Origin: Ramazzottius varieornatus
Taxonomy: Eukaryota; Animalia; Tardigrada
Assembly: GCA_001949185.1 (NCBI GenBank)
Contig: BDGG01000001.1
Location: 4,639,624 to 4,703,623 of the forward strand
DNA: 64,000 nucleotides
Direction of reading: 5' to 3'
Part shown: in pieces, positions 27,339-41,594 of the stretch
Layout: every line of letters begins with the position of its first letter
Numbering within the stretch: position 1 is the first letter of the stretch
Translations under genes and position numbers: made by a program
Notes under the pieces: model-generated
What the model saw: only the letters and a program-made list of their open reading frames with translations
Told to the model about the DNA's origin: nothing
The model's database searches: none

Positions 27339-29593
27339 TCAGAAGAGTCTATACAAAGAAAAAGCAGAAGTGATAACAAGGGAAGACAAGAAATAGCACG
27401 ACGAAGTGGACTGGAAAGTGGATGCAGCTGAGGCTCTCGCGGTGGCGCCACCGACGGTGGTGGGATTATAGACAGGAAGCTTGTCGGAGCCGGAGGCGGT
27501 GATCATTTGACCCGTAGATGGCATGGTGGTGATGGGCTGAGCCATGACATCCTGAGGGTTGATGCTCTGCGTGTTGCAGCCATCAGCCTTGCAGTTGCAC
27601 AACTTTGCGTTGCGATGGTTAGCCAGGAGGAAGTCCTTGCACTCGTTATCACTAGCTTGAAAGGCTCCTCGAAACTTCCCACAGTTTCTTGTTATGTCCG
27701 TTGCACCTACGTCAAGAGAAAAAACACCTGTCAGTTCACGGGGAACCCAAATCGATGGAAGCAACAGCTGACTGTCGCCCAGAAAAGCAAACTTTGCCAT
27801 TCTCAACTTTCAATTTTGTTATTTTTTATTTGGAATTCTTTTGATTCGGTTTTTCCTGTCCCAGGCTTTGGTCTTAAGACCCAGCCGCCGGAACCGAAAT
27901 GTCGCTCGAACAAAAACGAGTTCCAGATTAATCTGTAATGATCGTGGATGACGTCACTGCGGAAATTTGGGGTTGGTACAGACAGAGTTCCACTAGCGAC
28001 CACAGCGAAATTTCTCATCTTATCGAAAACGGTAGGAGAAGTATTCAAGATGACTGTTTATATTTTGTTCATCTGTCCGGCACTTCGTCGTATATTGCAT
28101 TTGATACAAGTCAATACAAATAGAAAATGTTTTGCTATTGGTTCCGCAAATAGAGCACTCACACACGAAGCCTCTCTTCAAATATATTACAGCAGCGGCG
28201 GTAATCATATGCTGCCCTACTGTCGGTCGGGTCCTCCTCAACCGCTACCCATCGAAGCTTCTGGGCAGATTCAGATTGTATCGAGTATCCCACAGATAAC
28301 TGCATGGGAAGATGACTCGGTCATGCCATGCATGCTCTATATAGCGGCGATCTTTTTAATGGCGTGATAACGACATTATATGGAGCGGCCATGCTGTTTA
28401 CACAGCACTCCACGCATAAGCACCGGCTCCCACAGAGCTCGCCAGTGCGCGCTCACTCTCTTCGCGGTTACAAAAGAAGCTTATAGATTTAACTTCTTGT
28501 AAACCTCTCTTTGACAACATGTGGGTTCTTGCCGTCGTGGAGTTTAGTGTTTTGTAAACCGGTACGAGACAAAACAGCTTCCGTTTGAGTTTTAAGCGCT
28601 CGCGGTAAGCGTGATGAAACAATGGAGTGCATGTTGTGATGACTTCAAGTCAATAAATTGAAAGTGACGTAATCTCGGGTGGTTGAATGAAGACCGCAAG
28701 TCAAATTCAATCAACTTAAAACAATCAAAACAATGGACAAACCAAAAGAACCCTTAAAAACGATGGAGTAAACCTGAATCTGTGTCGATTGGGATTATCA
28801 AATAGAAACTAAGGTCCGACCATGCTGTATCAGTCGAGAAGTACACTCGGTTTCTACTGCTTTAAACCATTTGAATTTTTAAGTCGTCCTCTGATTTTGG
28901 AGAAAAAGCCAGGAATATTACGGATTAAGCGCGAAATGGAAAAATGGTCGGGAGTGACGTACCATTGAGCTGCTGGATAAAGAGAACGTGACACGAGTCC
29001 GTTGTCGATCCACAGTCGTCTAATATGGCGTCCTGTGCGTTGGCGCAGGTCTCTCCAATCTCCGGTACAGGTGCACAGACGTAACATTTGATCGCTGCTG
29101 TTCCTGTACAAAGAAAAAGAATAAACATGTCATGACATTCATCCGGACACATCAGTAGGAAGCCTAAAAGACCTTTAACGGCTAATCTGATATGCAATTG
29201 GATCGAACGCCTCATCTTGTCCGCAATGTAAAAGAAAGCCATTTGCCCTCCGCTTCAACCGGGACAAAGGGATGAAAAGACATGACCAAGTTAGAAAAAT
29301 TTGAATACTGTATCTTCATCGTGAGGAGTGGTGAAGCGTACGACCATGCCGCTTGAATGAATTATCCGCTTGAATAATCGCCGCAATAAATTCTTGCTAA
29401 TAATCATTGCTTCTTTTTTGTGGCTGCATGTTGGCGAACCCACTCCAACAAGAAACATCTTCTCTCTGTATTAAATTATCCTAATCCAATTTACGTAAAT
29501 TCTCAAAAGGTTGACAACTTGACATACACACTTACCCTTGAACGAACTTGCCGCTATGCAAAACACCGCGAAGAAAACTTGCAATAGATCCAT
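27339..29593 (-). CDS. Ly6/uPAR three-finger protein (quiver/sleepless-like), signal peptide and probable GPI anchor, 3 exons
   Basis: Signal MDLLQVFFAVFCIAASSFKG. Ten Cys from IKCYVC to CNCKADGCN. S/T-rich stalk and hydrophobic C-terminal tail. Phase-compatible GT-AG introns. Confidence 0.85.
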
Positions 29594-32500
29594 ATTTTCG
29601 CGGGATGAACCACTTCCTCGTCTGACCAGGTCAAAATTGAGCGCCGGAAATGACCCACTGGCGAGATCGGGAGTATCCTTCAATAAATCAGCCCGGAAAT
29701 TTCTAGGGTCCTGCTCAATAGGCTGCGAATTAGGCTTGCCGGGGTGGAAATGCTCAATGGTGAATAACGGCAAATTACCTATAACAGAGGCATTCAACGC
29801 CCGGAGCACTTTATTATGATATTGTGCAGTTATAAAGGCACCTGTATGCTATAGCGGACCACACCGTCATGCAGGTATTTCGAAGACAGGCACCATGGAA
29901 CATATATTGTGATAGCACTGACACAGTTATTCTATATGACACTTAAAATCCGATCAATCGTAAAGAGAGCGCGAAAGAAGAGAGGAAAAAAACTAGTGCA
30001 GCCAAGTATGTACTTACATTGAAATACAGGCAAGATATCGGCGAAGACGGTCTACACTGTATACAGTAGCCAGCTTTATGTAATAAATTCAAAGCAAACC
30101 GAACATTTCATTATGCTGCGTTAAACGGAAATGACAAGCGTTGCCGGTGGCGGGCTTGGTATACACACAAAGTCATGAACTGGAGGACGGACCAAACGGC
30201 GGCAGTCGATAACGTTTATGCCGAGCGAGACTCGAAAGAAAGCAATGCATAATCGGAAAATTCTTCGGTTGAAGTTTTCAAGAGCCAGCTTGAAACGAGC
30301 GCCGCAGAGAGAAGAAGGAAATTCTTGGCACAGATATACAGTATCAACCGCAAAGTGCGTGGCTGTAAGTCATATTTTGTTGGCTGATAATTAAACAGCA
30401 AGCTCTTGGTGGTACAGTATGCTCGCGTCACATCAGAGAAGATGTCAGAGGGCAGTTTAAAAAAAGCGATGGTATCATTTTGGGCATTCAAGCGCCGCGT
30501 ACTCTACATACTGAGCCACAGCTCAGATCCGACAAACCATACTAGAGTACTGCAAGAGTAATTTTCTTCGTGCCGGCAGATCTTGTTCAAGCAATCATTT
30601 TCCATAAACGTCTACGTAGGCCTGTATGGACCGCATGGCGTGATGGCTCGATGTGCATCTGTAGAGCATATCTCATGCGGACGGAATTGACTGCCAAGAT
30701 ACGTGTGAGAGAGCGCTCTTTAAAACAGTACAAGGAAGGAGAGATGTTGGAAAACACGGCGAACTCCCACTGCTCGATCACCACTGCCCGGCCCACGTCT
30801 TGGTATACTTGATACTCGCGCACGCTCCTACTCGACATGTTTGGCCCGCCGAGGGCAAACCAACATTTTCAACGAATACGTTGGTATTGATCAGCTTAAC
30901 GACTGGGGTATCCTGCACGTGTGAGCATCAAAGATCGATCCGAACGGCAAGAGCAGCCAGCAAGAGCGACAACCCAACGTCCGAAGGGGCGTTGGGACTG
31001 ACGGACGGAAGTCTTACAAGCTTTGGCCATCAGGTTGCGTGGTGGAATGTAGAGCACCAGCGCTCAATAGGCAGATAATTACTGCTCTGATCTAGCTACT
31101 ATCCCCTGACAAAGCGTTTCCGGACTGTGGCATATCGCTAGTGAAAAGAAGGTGAAATCAAACTGCACATTCAAGAGGAAGTTCTTGCTGTTAGATTCGC
31201 CTAATCACTCATCCGCTCGAATATTGCATGAAATTAGTTTGGCGACTTTCCTTTGCTTCTTTGTTCCTTGTAAGCTGGAACCTTCCACCAGTTCTGATAA
31301 AATTCCCTCTCAATTCTGTCTCGATACAAAAGCAGAGCACTAGATTGAACCAGAAGCGCATGGAGTTCGAACGGGAGTGTCAACTGTCATTCTAATTTGC
31401 GGTGCGTGAAAGAGACGTGCCTGAAAATAATAGAGCTTGATGTTTGAAAATCCGGACATGCGCGGGGTCTTTGGGGATATCTTTGCGTCAAATTATTTGT
31501 GCGGCCTGCCTCGTTACACGTTCGTTCTCTACGAAAGGCCCCTCAGGTGCAGGGGAAATCTAATGAACGTATAGTGGATAGGGGAGATGACTACTCGATC
31601 AGCACACCTCGAAATGGACATTCCGGACTCGCGAGCGATCCCTTGGATACTCTAATCATTCGAACGGTACCAAAGATGACAATGCTCACGTGATAACTCG
31701 GAGCGGAAAAAAATACAACTAGGGTTCCTCTTCCTCAAGAGTTCACTCTGCATTGCGGTAACGCAAGGCCGAGTTCAGACAACGCCCACCGACTGTATTG
31801 TCCCGACATGCGAATCAAACCTGTGGGTAACATACGAACGTGCCCAGATCAATAGAAGTGTTTCCCCGTAATCTGAATTAAAAAAAACCCCATTATCACT
31901 CTTCCGGAAGCACTTGCAAGGAATGAAGGCTATGATAGAGGCAAGAAAGATTAGGACCGATACAGTATAAAGGTGAAAAAGGAGCGATCGATACCACTTT
32001 CGTCCGTGTGTCCGTCGAGCAAATCCAGCATTAGTGCATCCGCGAATTATATACGCGAGATAGTTGGACTAGACGAGCTCATGACAGCCTTACTGTACCG
32101 AGAATCATTGACCGACAAACGAGTGTTCAAATATTTTTTTCCAAGACTTCTTTCAGGATTGACCGGCGGACCTTCGTCCCGCTGACGTTCTCTTTGTGCA
32201 CTTCGACCTTTACCAAGGAATAATGTTCTATTTGTTGTTCGAAAAGAATCCCGCATTTCACCATGATGTCATTCTTGATAGTGTTCAGAGTTGCAGAAGC
32301 CAGGTTGACGAAATGAGACTCGTATATAACCACCAAGGACTCACGATTGTGCTGGGTTGTAGGATCTTCAGGTTGGAGCCATTCGTCGGCCCAACCTGTT
32401 GGGTGGTTCGCTGGTAGGACAGAAGCGGTCGTTCACGGAGTTTCCAACGGACGATGTATATGGCTAGGGTCACTGCGTGGTCCGCTGGAGGAATACAAGA

Positions 32501-32677
32501 GCTCAGACTACGTAGAGTATCTGCTCGAATGTCGGCAGCTGTCGGGTCTGGCTCGGTGGAGTGCTGGCTGATCGAGGTGCCAAACGTTGATGATCATCTT
32601 CACGGCGAAAAGCTGAACTCTGAGGCAAACGGATAAAGAAGGCTATCGATCTGGAAAACAGTAAGATTAGGATGGAT

Positions 32678-32711
32678 CTGCGAAGTGCGAAGTGCGAAGT
32701 GCGAACTGCGA
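32678..32711. repeat. 7-bp tandem repeat (tgcgaag)n
   Basis: ctgcgaagtgcgaagtgcgaagtgcgaactgcga. Confidence 0.8.
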
Positions 32712-34485
32712 CTTCCACAATCCTCACTCACGACTAATTTCCGTTGATTAAGCAAGCTCAAATTTTAAATCAACCGTTTGCGACATAAACAGCTCGTCGT
32801 GAGGAGGACTAATGAACATGAACGATTCAGTTTAACAATGATGAACTGATGAAGTTTGTCCCAGCTGCCCATCCGAACGTCTGGCCGGGGCATCGAGATG
32901 AAGAGGAATACACTGACCGGTACCTGCAAGTCTACGTTCAGAGACGCTTGAAATTTCACCTAACCGCGTGCAAAAGACTGGAATATCACTATGGGGAGAA
33001 GAAGAATCTATAGTTCATTCCAGGATCGTCGGACGATTCCAATAAGTTAGCCACCTGGCGGCTGACACAGATCATGAAACAGTCTCCCTTCTATCGTTTT
33101 GCCGGGACGGTTAGACTATCGGGATAAGCATAGTCTCCTTGTCAGAATTCAAATTCATTGCTCCAAGTCCAAAAAAGAACTGCAGGACACAGTCCACCAT
33201 GAACCAAAACCAACTAGATACCAGTTCGAGGTGAACATAGCCGACTTGTCGATGCAAAATCACATGGCGAAGTTGTCAGCTTTTAGGCCGCGCGGTGGCC
33301 AAACGTGCTATGGCCTCACCTACCACAAGCGATAAAACGCGACACGCACGGCCCTAGCGGATCGCTTAAAAATTTTCCCACAGGCTTTTTAACACTGGGA
33401 AACCTCTCTTCCTCTAAGACCCGCCAAGAGACTTCCTGTATTCTCCATTTCTTCGGGACCAGTACGGTTAAATTCAAAAAGATTTTTTCAACTAAGGAAC
33501 CGAGAAGCAAGCAAAACGGCCCAGTACTTCGCGAAGTCCGACGCTGACAACTTCGCCATGCGATTTTAAATTGACCAGTCCGCCATTAGATTGTTGGTCT
33601 TGCCTGAACAGTGAACCACCTCTCGACCAACCATACCACAATTACACGCGTCAGTATGTAACGGCTGATTTGATGCGAGTTGATTGGTCAAGCACGCTTT
33701 TGCTGCTGAACCAAACAATGATAATTTCATTTGTTCATTTTGTTGTCCCCAATAATTATGATGAGAATCTCGACAGCCCGTTACTTGTGATCGCTGATGG
33801 ATCTGTGAAGGTGACACCGTGACTCTCAACTCCTCATGATAATGACCAGTGTAAAGCTGCAGAACTATCCCCTTCTGCAAGAAACGGCGTGCCGTAACGC
33901 AGGCCGACTCTCCAGCTGCGGTAGATAGGTGAAGAACACCCACCAGCAGTTAGGCCAGAGGTCGGAGCATCAAGTCATGGTCAGTTCCAGAGATTCTTTA
34001 ATTCGCATCGGGGAAGACATATTTCCACATCTCAAAGTTCTGGAAAATTCGGAAAATGTTGCCCGGTGTGACGGCTTGCTGTAGAAGTCCGGCGGAAAGG
34101 CTTCTTAGGTTTTTTTAGTTGTGTGGCCAATGACGTGACAAATATCCGGTCCGCCTCGATATTTGCTTGATGTGTCAATCAACCCCTGAACCGTGTATTT
34201 TGCATTCCAGCAAGGCGATGTACTAATGATGAGCATTACAAGCTGACGGCTCGTGTAATGTAAAATGTAATGTAAAACAGTGTAATTACAAAAAGTGTAA
34301 TTACATTTTACACTTGTTCACATTTTACAACCCCGAAAGAACGGAACCTGTAAACCAAGTGTAAACTATCAAATGACCCCTCCAAGTTAGCTAAATCAAA
34401 GCCGCTACAGATGTGGAAAGAAACGTAATCTCTCGTATACAGTAAACCTATTAACACAATCTTCAATCTTCACTGGTTCAAACAA

Positions 34486-37084
34486 CTACTTGACAACAAA
34501 TAAATCTGCTAAGGTGAAAAACTTTCCGGTCAGAGACACGTCATCTTCGAGCTCCTCACTGCTTGGCATGTCATTGTCGTCTTGACCGAACAAATCATCA
34601 AGGATTGCCATTTGACTTTCCAGCTCCATTAGATCGGTTTCACCGCCACCTGGAAAAGTAATATTCTAAAGTACCGATGTCAAAATAGTAATGTCGAAGT
34701 AAATTGAAAATCATATCATAATGTAAGTGAATTGTTTACCTTGATCAAGTTTCACTGGTACTGTCTCTTCGTCCACTGTTACAACAACAACAGGCTCATC
34801 TGAAACATTTCCGGTCATCTTTGCTTTCTTCTCGTCCTTTTCTCTCTTACGTTTTCTTGAGAGCTCCTCATCTTCACGACAGAATTCCATTTTCAGCGTG
34901 CACATACCACTAACCAGATTAAGTCCCAATCTGTTTCTGCTTGCCGTATGGACATCGTTCATTTTCTTCCAGAAACGTTCAACTGAAGCGGCGTGCGGGC
35001 AAGCTGAAAGAAGGAACTTAGCCAGCTGAGCCAGTTCTGAATGCTCGGCCTCGGCATAAGTCCAGTAATCGAGAGGGTTACTCAGCTGGCTAGTGTACTT
35101 CAAGTCGAAGACACCCTGATTCGCAGTGTAACGGATTGCAGAAGTCAGCAAGGAAGTCGGATCTTTTTGGAAGAACTGTCGGTAAAGGTCGCTGGCCCAC
35201 GTGTAAATCACTCCACTATGAACTTTGTTAGGGTCACGGCGGAACATATCGAGCTTTAGTTTGGGGTCGAGGAACATTGCTACAGCGAATACGTCGGTTG
35301 GGTAGAAGCTTTTCCACCGCTTTTCCAGTTGAGAAACTAAAGTCCAAGAAACGTCACGATCTTTCAACAGCGAAAACCCACAGTAGATATCGCGTATGGC
35401 TGAGCCGATGTCAGCAATCGTGCAATTGTCTGATTCTGCCTTTGCTTGTGCGCTGACCAGCGGCCTAAGTACTGCAGCAATCTCTTTTGCGCCAAGCCAG
35501 AACTCGTCGTCATCGAGGATCACTTTTAAGTTGAATGGTACCAGACCCAAATTCGCGCTGTACTGACGCCATACATCTGCAACAAANNNNNNNNNNNNNN
35601 NNNNNNNNNNNNNNNNNNNNNNNNNNNNNNNNNNNNNNNNNNNNNNNNNNNNNNNNNNNNNNNNNNNNNNNNNNNNNNNNNNNNNNNNNNNNNNNNNNNN
35701 NNNNNNNNNNNNNNNNNNNNNNNNNNNNNNNNNNNNNNNNNNNNNNNNNNNNNNNNNNNNNNNNNNNNNNNNNNNNNNNNNNNNNNNNNNNNNNNNNNNN
35801 NNNNNNNNNNNNNNNNNNNNNNNNNNNNNNNNNNNNNNNNNNNNNNNNNNNNNNNNNNNNNNNNNNNNNNNNNNNNNNNNNNNNNNNNNNNNNNNNNNNN
35901 NNNNNNNNNNNNNNNNNNNNNNNNNNNNNNNNNNNNNNNNNNNNNNNNNNNNNNNNNNNNNNNNNNNNNNNNNNNNNNNNNNNNNNNNNNNNNNNNNNNN
36001 NNNNNNNNNNNNNNNNNNNNNNNNNNNNNNNNNNNNNNNNNNNNNNNNNNNNNNNNNNNNNNNNAGTTTCTGCGAGAGAAGTCTTCGAGCTTTCCGATGA
36101 GCTCCGTCAGAATCACAGGTCACGAATCGTACATCAGCCTTGTAGTCCTTCTTCACCTCAGTAAGTTTCTGGAAGGTTTCTCTCATGACGTACTCGCCGT
36201 CGTAGTTCGTGCCTGTGATGTCAATAGCGGAGCCCAGTGTAAAGTTCTCCGTGCCGTTCTCATTCCGAACAGTGACAAGAAAACCTGTATATAGTACGTC
36301 ATATGAGTGATTAACAGCTTGATAAATAAGTTTTAGTGGCAATACTTACCCAGCACTTTATCCCGGCTAACATTCTTGTAACCATCGAAAGTCATGGTGA
36401 GATACTTCTGACCGATCAGCTTACTAGATACTTCCGCCGTTGCTTCTTTGATTCGAGCTGGTACAATGCGACGCGCCACGGTGAAACGACTCGGAATAAC
36501 CAGCTGGGGACGAAGGAACTTAAGGAGACGGACCATGCGAGTATCTTCGGACGCGGCGAATGGTATGTTGCAGCTCACACAGGCATCGCCGTACGATTCT
36601 TCGAATTGCTGCTGCTCAGAAGAAGTTAATGGTCGATCAAGGAAGGTCCGTAGGCTTGCTTGACTTTTAGTGCGCTTATTGGCGTCGTCGGCCAGTGTAT
36701 CAGTGGCTGACTTTCGCTTCTTCGACTCATCATTCTTTGGGAAATGTCTTTCTCGAACGACTCGCGGGACATTCGCGCAGGTTTTGAGATGTTGCAGCAA
36801 TCTCGGCCTGTCACCTCGAATCGGCTTGACCACTTTCACACCAGCCTCTACACAGTGCTTACAGGTTGCTTTGCGGTGCTTGGACTTCGGCCAGTATTCA
36901 GCACTTCTTTCGAACTCGGTCCACAGGTCAAGACGACTAACCTTTGTGCCACCTATCGATCAATCAGCAATCAATCATTCGAACACAGTGAATAGAATCC
37001 CTATGTCGACCACATAGAAGTCCACTTACGTTTTGTGTCTTGCTGTTCATCGGTCTCCTCGTCGCTCTCCTCGCTTTCAGACAT
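34486..37084 (-). CDS. Spliced hAT transposase (BED zinc finger, DDE core, C-terminal dimerisation domain); interrupted by assembly gap
   Basis: BED W..F..ATCKHC..LLQHLKTC, CNIPF, LTMTFDGY (D1), FVTCDSDG (D2), FLDPK, YW..HSELAQLA..CPHAASVERFW (E)..RNRL. Intron 36285-36349 joins frames. Confidence 0.9.
35586..36064. other. Assembly gap (N run)
   Basis: Run of n characters. Confidence 1.
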
Positions 37085-37684
37085 CGTGTATGCAAACAGA
37101 GGTTCGTAGTCAAGCTCGAAGTACGCTAGTGTCAGATTAGATTGAACGGAGTAAGAATGATAAGGCCGAAAGCAGCTGCGTATATTTCGTACTGCGGCAG
37201 TGTAAACCAGACTGTGTCATCATGTCCACTGATGTAAAGCTTCTCTCAGATCGACAATCACTCAATCAATGGTTTCCCTCAACCCGTGTTCAATTAACAC
37301 GGCTTTTAATCAGTTAATGGCGATTTGAACGGATATTTCGGTTTTATACTCGCGTGTAATTCCAAGTGTAATTACACTTTTACAGTTGTATTTTACACTA
37401 CAACTTTCCGAAGATTGTAATGTAATGTAAAAGTGTAAATTTAATGTAAAATGTAATGTAATGTAAAGTGTAATGCTCATCATTACGATGTACGGCAGCT
37501 CATCAGTGACAGTGATCATGTCTCATGACTATCATCTCTTTGTTTACTAAGTAGTTTACTTCTGGACTTTGATGAGCCACTACCTTTGTGAAGACTCCGG
37601 AGTCATCTGACGAAGTTCGTCCACGCTTCCGAAGTGAGTTTCAAAGGTGCGCTTCGACGGGTGAAGCAGACAAAGCGACGCAAG

Positions 37685-39682
37685 ATGTCCACGCAGATTC
37701 GGAACCTGAATGGCGCAGCGGAAACAGGACGACCAGGAGCAGTCAATCTCTCTACAGGAACACCTAACAAGCCAGAACTCCTCTACAAGATGGAGGATTT
37801 CGGAGCCGATGTCCACATGGCCATGATCATGGCACGAGAAGATGGCATCATCACGGCCAGCCAAGACAGGTGCGTCACTCAGCTGGTATTGCTGGGAGGA
37901 AAGGGAACTTCAGATAAGCTTTTACAGGACTATCAGAATATGGCTGAAGAGGGACAACGGAAGGTATTGGCCCAGTATATGCCAGTACATGTCTACACCA
38001 CCGACAGCCTTTGCCTACAATCCCGAGACCAGAAAGATCTTTGTCGGGACGGAGTCAGGCCTTATATCTGTAAGTACTAGTATCCTTCCTTCTTTGCATG
38101 CTGCTGTATATACGGTAAAATCCTTCCCATACTGAATCTTTGTTCGACCAACACGAAGCCTTTGCCGTTCACGTTTATCAAGTGTTTGTTTGTGTGTTTA
38201 CAGGAATTTGTTATCTCCAATGACTTCAACCGTGTCACGCAGCTAAAAGATTATACTGGTAAGCAATAGAATCGCGCAGTGTTCATTGACTGCGAAGATG
38301 CAGTCAACCGGAAGTGAAAGCGTCCATCAAGTTTACTCGTCTGTTTTGCAGGTCATGAGAAGCGTATTACTGCTATCTTCTTTGCCTTGGAGTGCGAATG
38401 GTTACTGAGCTGTTCACGGGACAAGTCCCTTCGATGGTTCTGCAGTGAGAGTGGACGACAGATTGGATCCTTCCTTTTAACAGCCTGGATAACTGCTTTG
38501 CAGTAAGCATCTTTTTCTGCTGTTTCAATCCTTTCGCTATTTTTATGGTTAACGACCGTAGGTTCGATGTTCCGGCAAAGTATGCGTTCGTTGGAGATTA
38601 CTCCGGTGCGATCCACGTGCTACGGCTACAAGACAACGGCCATCAGCTGGTCTCGACTATTCGTGGTCATGCTGGCTCCGTTCGATGCCTGGCTTGGGAC
38701 GCCAGCAGACAGCAGCTCTTCTCCGGAGGATTTGATCAGAACATCGTCGTGTGGGATATTGGCGGAAAGGCTGGTCAGGCTTATGAACTTCAAGCTCATT
38801 CGTAAGTCCATCTTGTACCAACAGCGCCATCTTTAGGCTGTTACATGGCGTCACTTCCGGTGCCTTTACAAATACTGAAGTATACTACTGACATTGATCC
38901 GTTTTGTGTTATTTAGTGGCAAGGTAACATCTCTGTACTATGCGAGCTCGACCCAGCAGCTAATTTCCGGTGGAGAAGATGGGCTGCTTGCTGTGTGGGA
39001 CATGTCAGTCACAAGAACCGAGGTAGGGCCTTCACGAAGTTTTCTCAATTCCGTATGCTCGGCTTGCGAGCTGCGTCCTGGTACGGTTGTTCTGTATTAA
39101 TGGCCTAAGACCGGTCTTCTCATCTATAGACGCCGACATGGCAAGAAAGTGATACCTGCCAGCAGTGCAACAAGCCTTTCTTCTGGAACTTCAAGATGAT
39201 GTTTGATGTTAAGCAGCTGGGCATGAGGCAGCACCACTGCAGGTAAGATATACAATATCTGGCCAGGTTCCACAGATCAGAACCTTGACGTTACCTTGTC
39301 GTGTCTTATGATGTTCCGCGTCCGGTTAGGCACTGCGGTAAAGCTATCTGCGACGCCTGCAGTCCCAACAGACTGACCATTCCCATCATGGGCTTCGAAT
39401 GTCCAGTCCGAGTTTGCGTGGTCTGCTACGGACTGCTGAAAGACCAGTCCCGTGCAAGCAAAGCCGTCCTCAACAACACGATGCATTCCATAACCTCCAT
39501 TGACGTGGACGAGACCAGGAAGCACATGCTGACCGTCGGTCAAGACAAAGTTATCAAGGTAAGACTAGTCTAACAAAATTAAACATCTTGGCGGCTTTAG
39601 AGATCCCGCACTGCCCAACTGTCCGTGTATCTTGTAGATATGGAATGTGAAGAATCTGCTTCAGAAAACCGGAGAAGATTAG
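37685..39682 (+). CDS. WDFY2: WD40 repeat and FYVE domain-containing protein (WDFY1/2), multi-exon
   Basis: [20 protein letters not shown] repeats [56 protein letters not shown]. Confidence 0.95.
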
Positions 39683-39929
39683 TAACTGTATTTTCTTAAT
39701 CTCTTTTCATTCTTCGCTTGGAAGCGTGAATTTTTCTACGCTGTGATTATGACTTTACTTATTCCTGCAAGATAGCTTGACGACTGAAAGTCTAGACTGA
39801 GCTCTACTTTGATGTCTCGATCGTTCAACCCTGTCGTGCGATGGGAATGTTTTTTATTTGTTAATTAATTTTTGTGTTCAGTCTAAGCTCGATCACGTTT
39901 CCGGAAGCGAAACAGAACCAGACTTGACA

Positions 39930-39998
39930 AGATCGTTTCTTAGTTGCGCGCGCTTCAGCCAAAAACACCGAAAACGTGCGCCACTTAGCAGAACAATT
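39930..39998. repeat. Family A palindrome, downstream of WDFY2
   Basis: agatcgtttcttagttgcgcgc-N24-gtgcgccacttagcagaacaat. Confidence 0.7.
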
Positions 39999-41594
39999 AA
40001 GTCTAGTCTGCTTTCCGTGCTCCCAAATCACATCTGTAAACCGGTGTACTTTCGAGAGGGAAAGCTGTACCATTGGGGGAAGGAGACAACAGCTTGCAAA
40101 TGTATTGTGCCGATTGTATGGCGGTAATTCTCAAGTTTATTCCAAATAATAACTTGCGTCATCCGGACCGCAGGCTTTTGTCAACCTTCTCTTGAAGATT
40201 ACTTCCTGGTCCAGGTTGCCTGCCATGTCGATGAAGCAATGGTCAACTTACCATAAGAGGCCAACAGTCAATGATCGTCCGGGACAACTCAGACGCGCTT
40301 CATGTAATCACTAATCACCAAGAAGTACTTTCCACTCATTAGGCTGGTATTGTTCTAAGCACGGCAGGTGATGTCCAACGGAGACCACGGTCATTAACAC
40401 CTACCACCTTTCTTGATTAACGCTAGTGAAATGCACCATGTATTCATTCCCGTTGGCAACCAGGGAGTTTCGAGAACGATCAAAAGTGTTTCATAGTATC
40501 CGGAGTTTGTAAGTTTATAGTTCGACACCCGGTTCCTCACAACTTGAAGCTCACTCGTGCGGTGCATGGTTTCCATAGACGTCTTCTTTCTACGAAGACT
40601 CCAACGACTAAGGAATTCGGAATGGTTTGACTTGGTCGGAAATTTATGCTGCTCATGTAGAGGGGGGGCAAGTAGTGTTATGGAGTAGCTCTTGAGTTTT
40701 GTATGATGATGGGGAATTTCTGGCTGATAATCGAAGAACTGGAAGTCAAATGGATGCAGTGATTTGCTCATGTCGAATCGATTGGTCGAATAAACTCCGT
40801 CTGTCTTGTTTGCATTTTGGCCAGTTTACAATTTCCCTCTGTGTGCCCTGACCAGTGTCCAGTCGGCGACTGAAGTCTCGAGCATCATAAATGTAATGGT
40901 CCATATAAAATCATCCAGAAGGACTGGACGTCTGTGATATGTCTGATCCTCTGGACAGGTGTTGAACTTGAAACAACAGCAGTGCATATGCTCCACTATC
41001 CTCTCTCTTCACTGATCCCCTTTTGCATGGTCAGTCGGCCTGCTGCACCGGTCTTCGAGTGTAAAATCAACATGGACAAGCAGGAGTCTGTTTTCATTTT
41101 AAACAATTAGCAGCCATGGTTCAGGGACATAATTGATGTCCTTGTTGAAGTTGCACGCAATGCATACCCTGTCTTTGGTTTACACAGTTTATACACGGTA
41201 TTTGCATGACCTGTCGCTATAAAGTCGCCTACACATGTTCCATATTAATAATCATTTAAATATAGAACACACAGGGTGATTTGGCTGACCGGCATTTCAG
41301 CGATAGTAGGATTCAGTAGGTGTCTCATCCGTACGGATCAAACAGGCGCCAGTCATTAGGATCTCCCATCTGTTTGTCAGGTGGGACTGCGCGGCATCGT
41401 GCAGAGATCGGCATATGAGGATACATTAATTTTGTCTGTTCCAAATTCCTCTAAACGATTTAAGTTGACAGGACAGGACGAATTACTCAACAACCATGCA
41501 CCTGGTGCAACATGTCTCACTTGGTCACGTATTTACCATTGCATAGTTACTGAGTTTAATATCCGGGTCCCAGGGCACCCTAACAGAAACGAGC

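Larger units (their letters stand above)
34224..37485 (-). mobile_element. hAT-superfamily DNA transposon, full length
   Basis: Perfect 17-bp TIRs TAATGATGAGCATTACA (34224-34240, 37469-37485). Perfect 8-bp TSD CGATGTAC (34216-34223, 37486-37493). Subterminal TGTAAT/ATTACA arrays at both ends. Internal transposase. Confidence 0.96.

Noticed and set aside
32040-32640. Minus-strand fragments faintly like a ubiquitin-like domain (TLNTIKNDIMVKCGILFEQQ)
   Set aside because: Stops and frameshifts, and the similarity is too short to support without an HMM search.
33000-34100. Possible decayed gene or retroelement RNase H (LLVIADGSVK)
   Set aside because: A single short motif with no RT or endonuclease motifs nearby.
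35526-36342. Long ORFs in the ORF track spanning this region
   Set aside because: Their length is an artefact of the N gap; only the transposase frames are supported.
34254-37475. TGTAAT/ATTACA arrays as CRISPR-like or telomeric repeats
   Set aside because: They are subterminal repeats inside the hAT TIRs, with no spacer structure.
40100-41150. Minus-strand peptides resembling a gypsy integrase (GKYFLVISDY) or a protease (WKVLLGD)
   Set aside because: Mutually incompatible frames, many stops and no LTRs; cannot be assigned.
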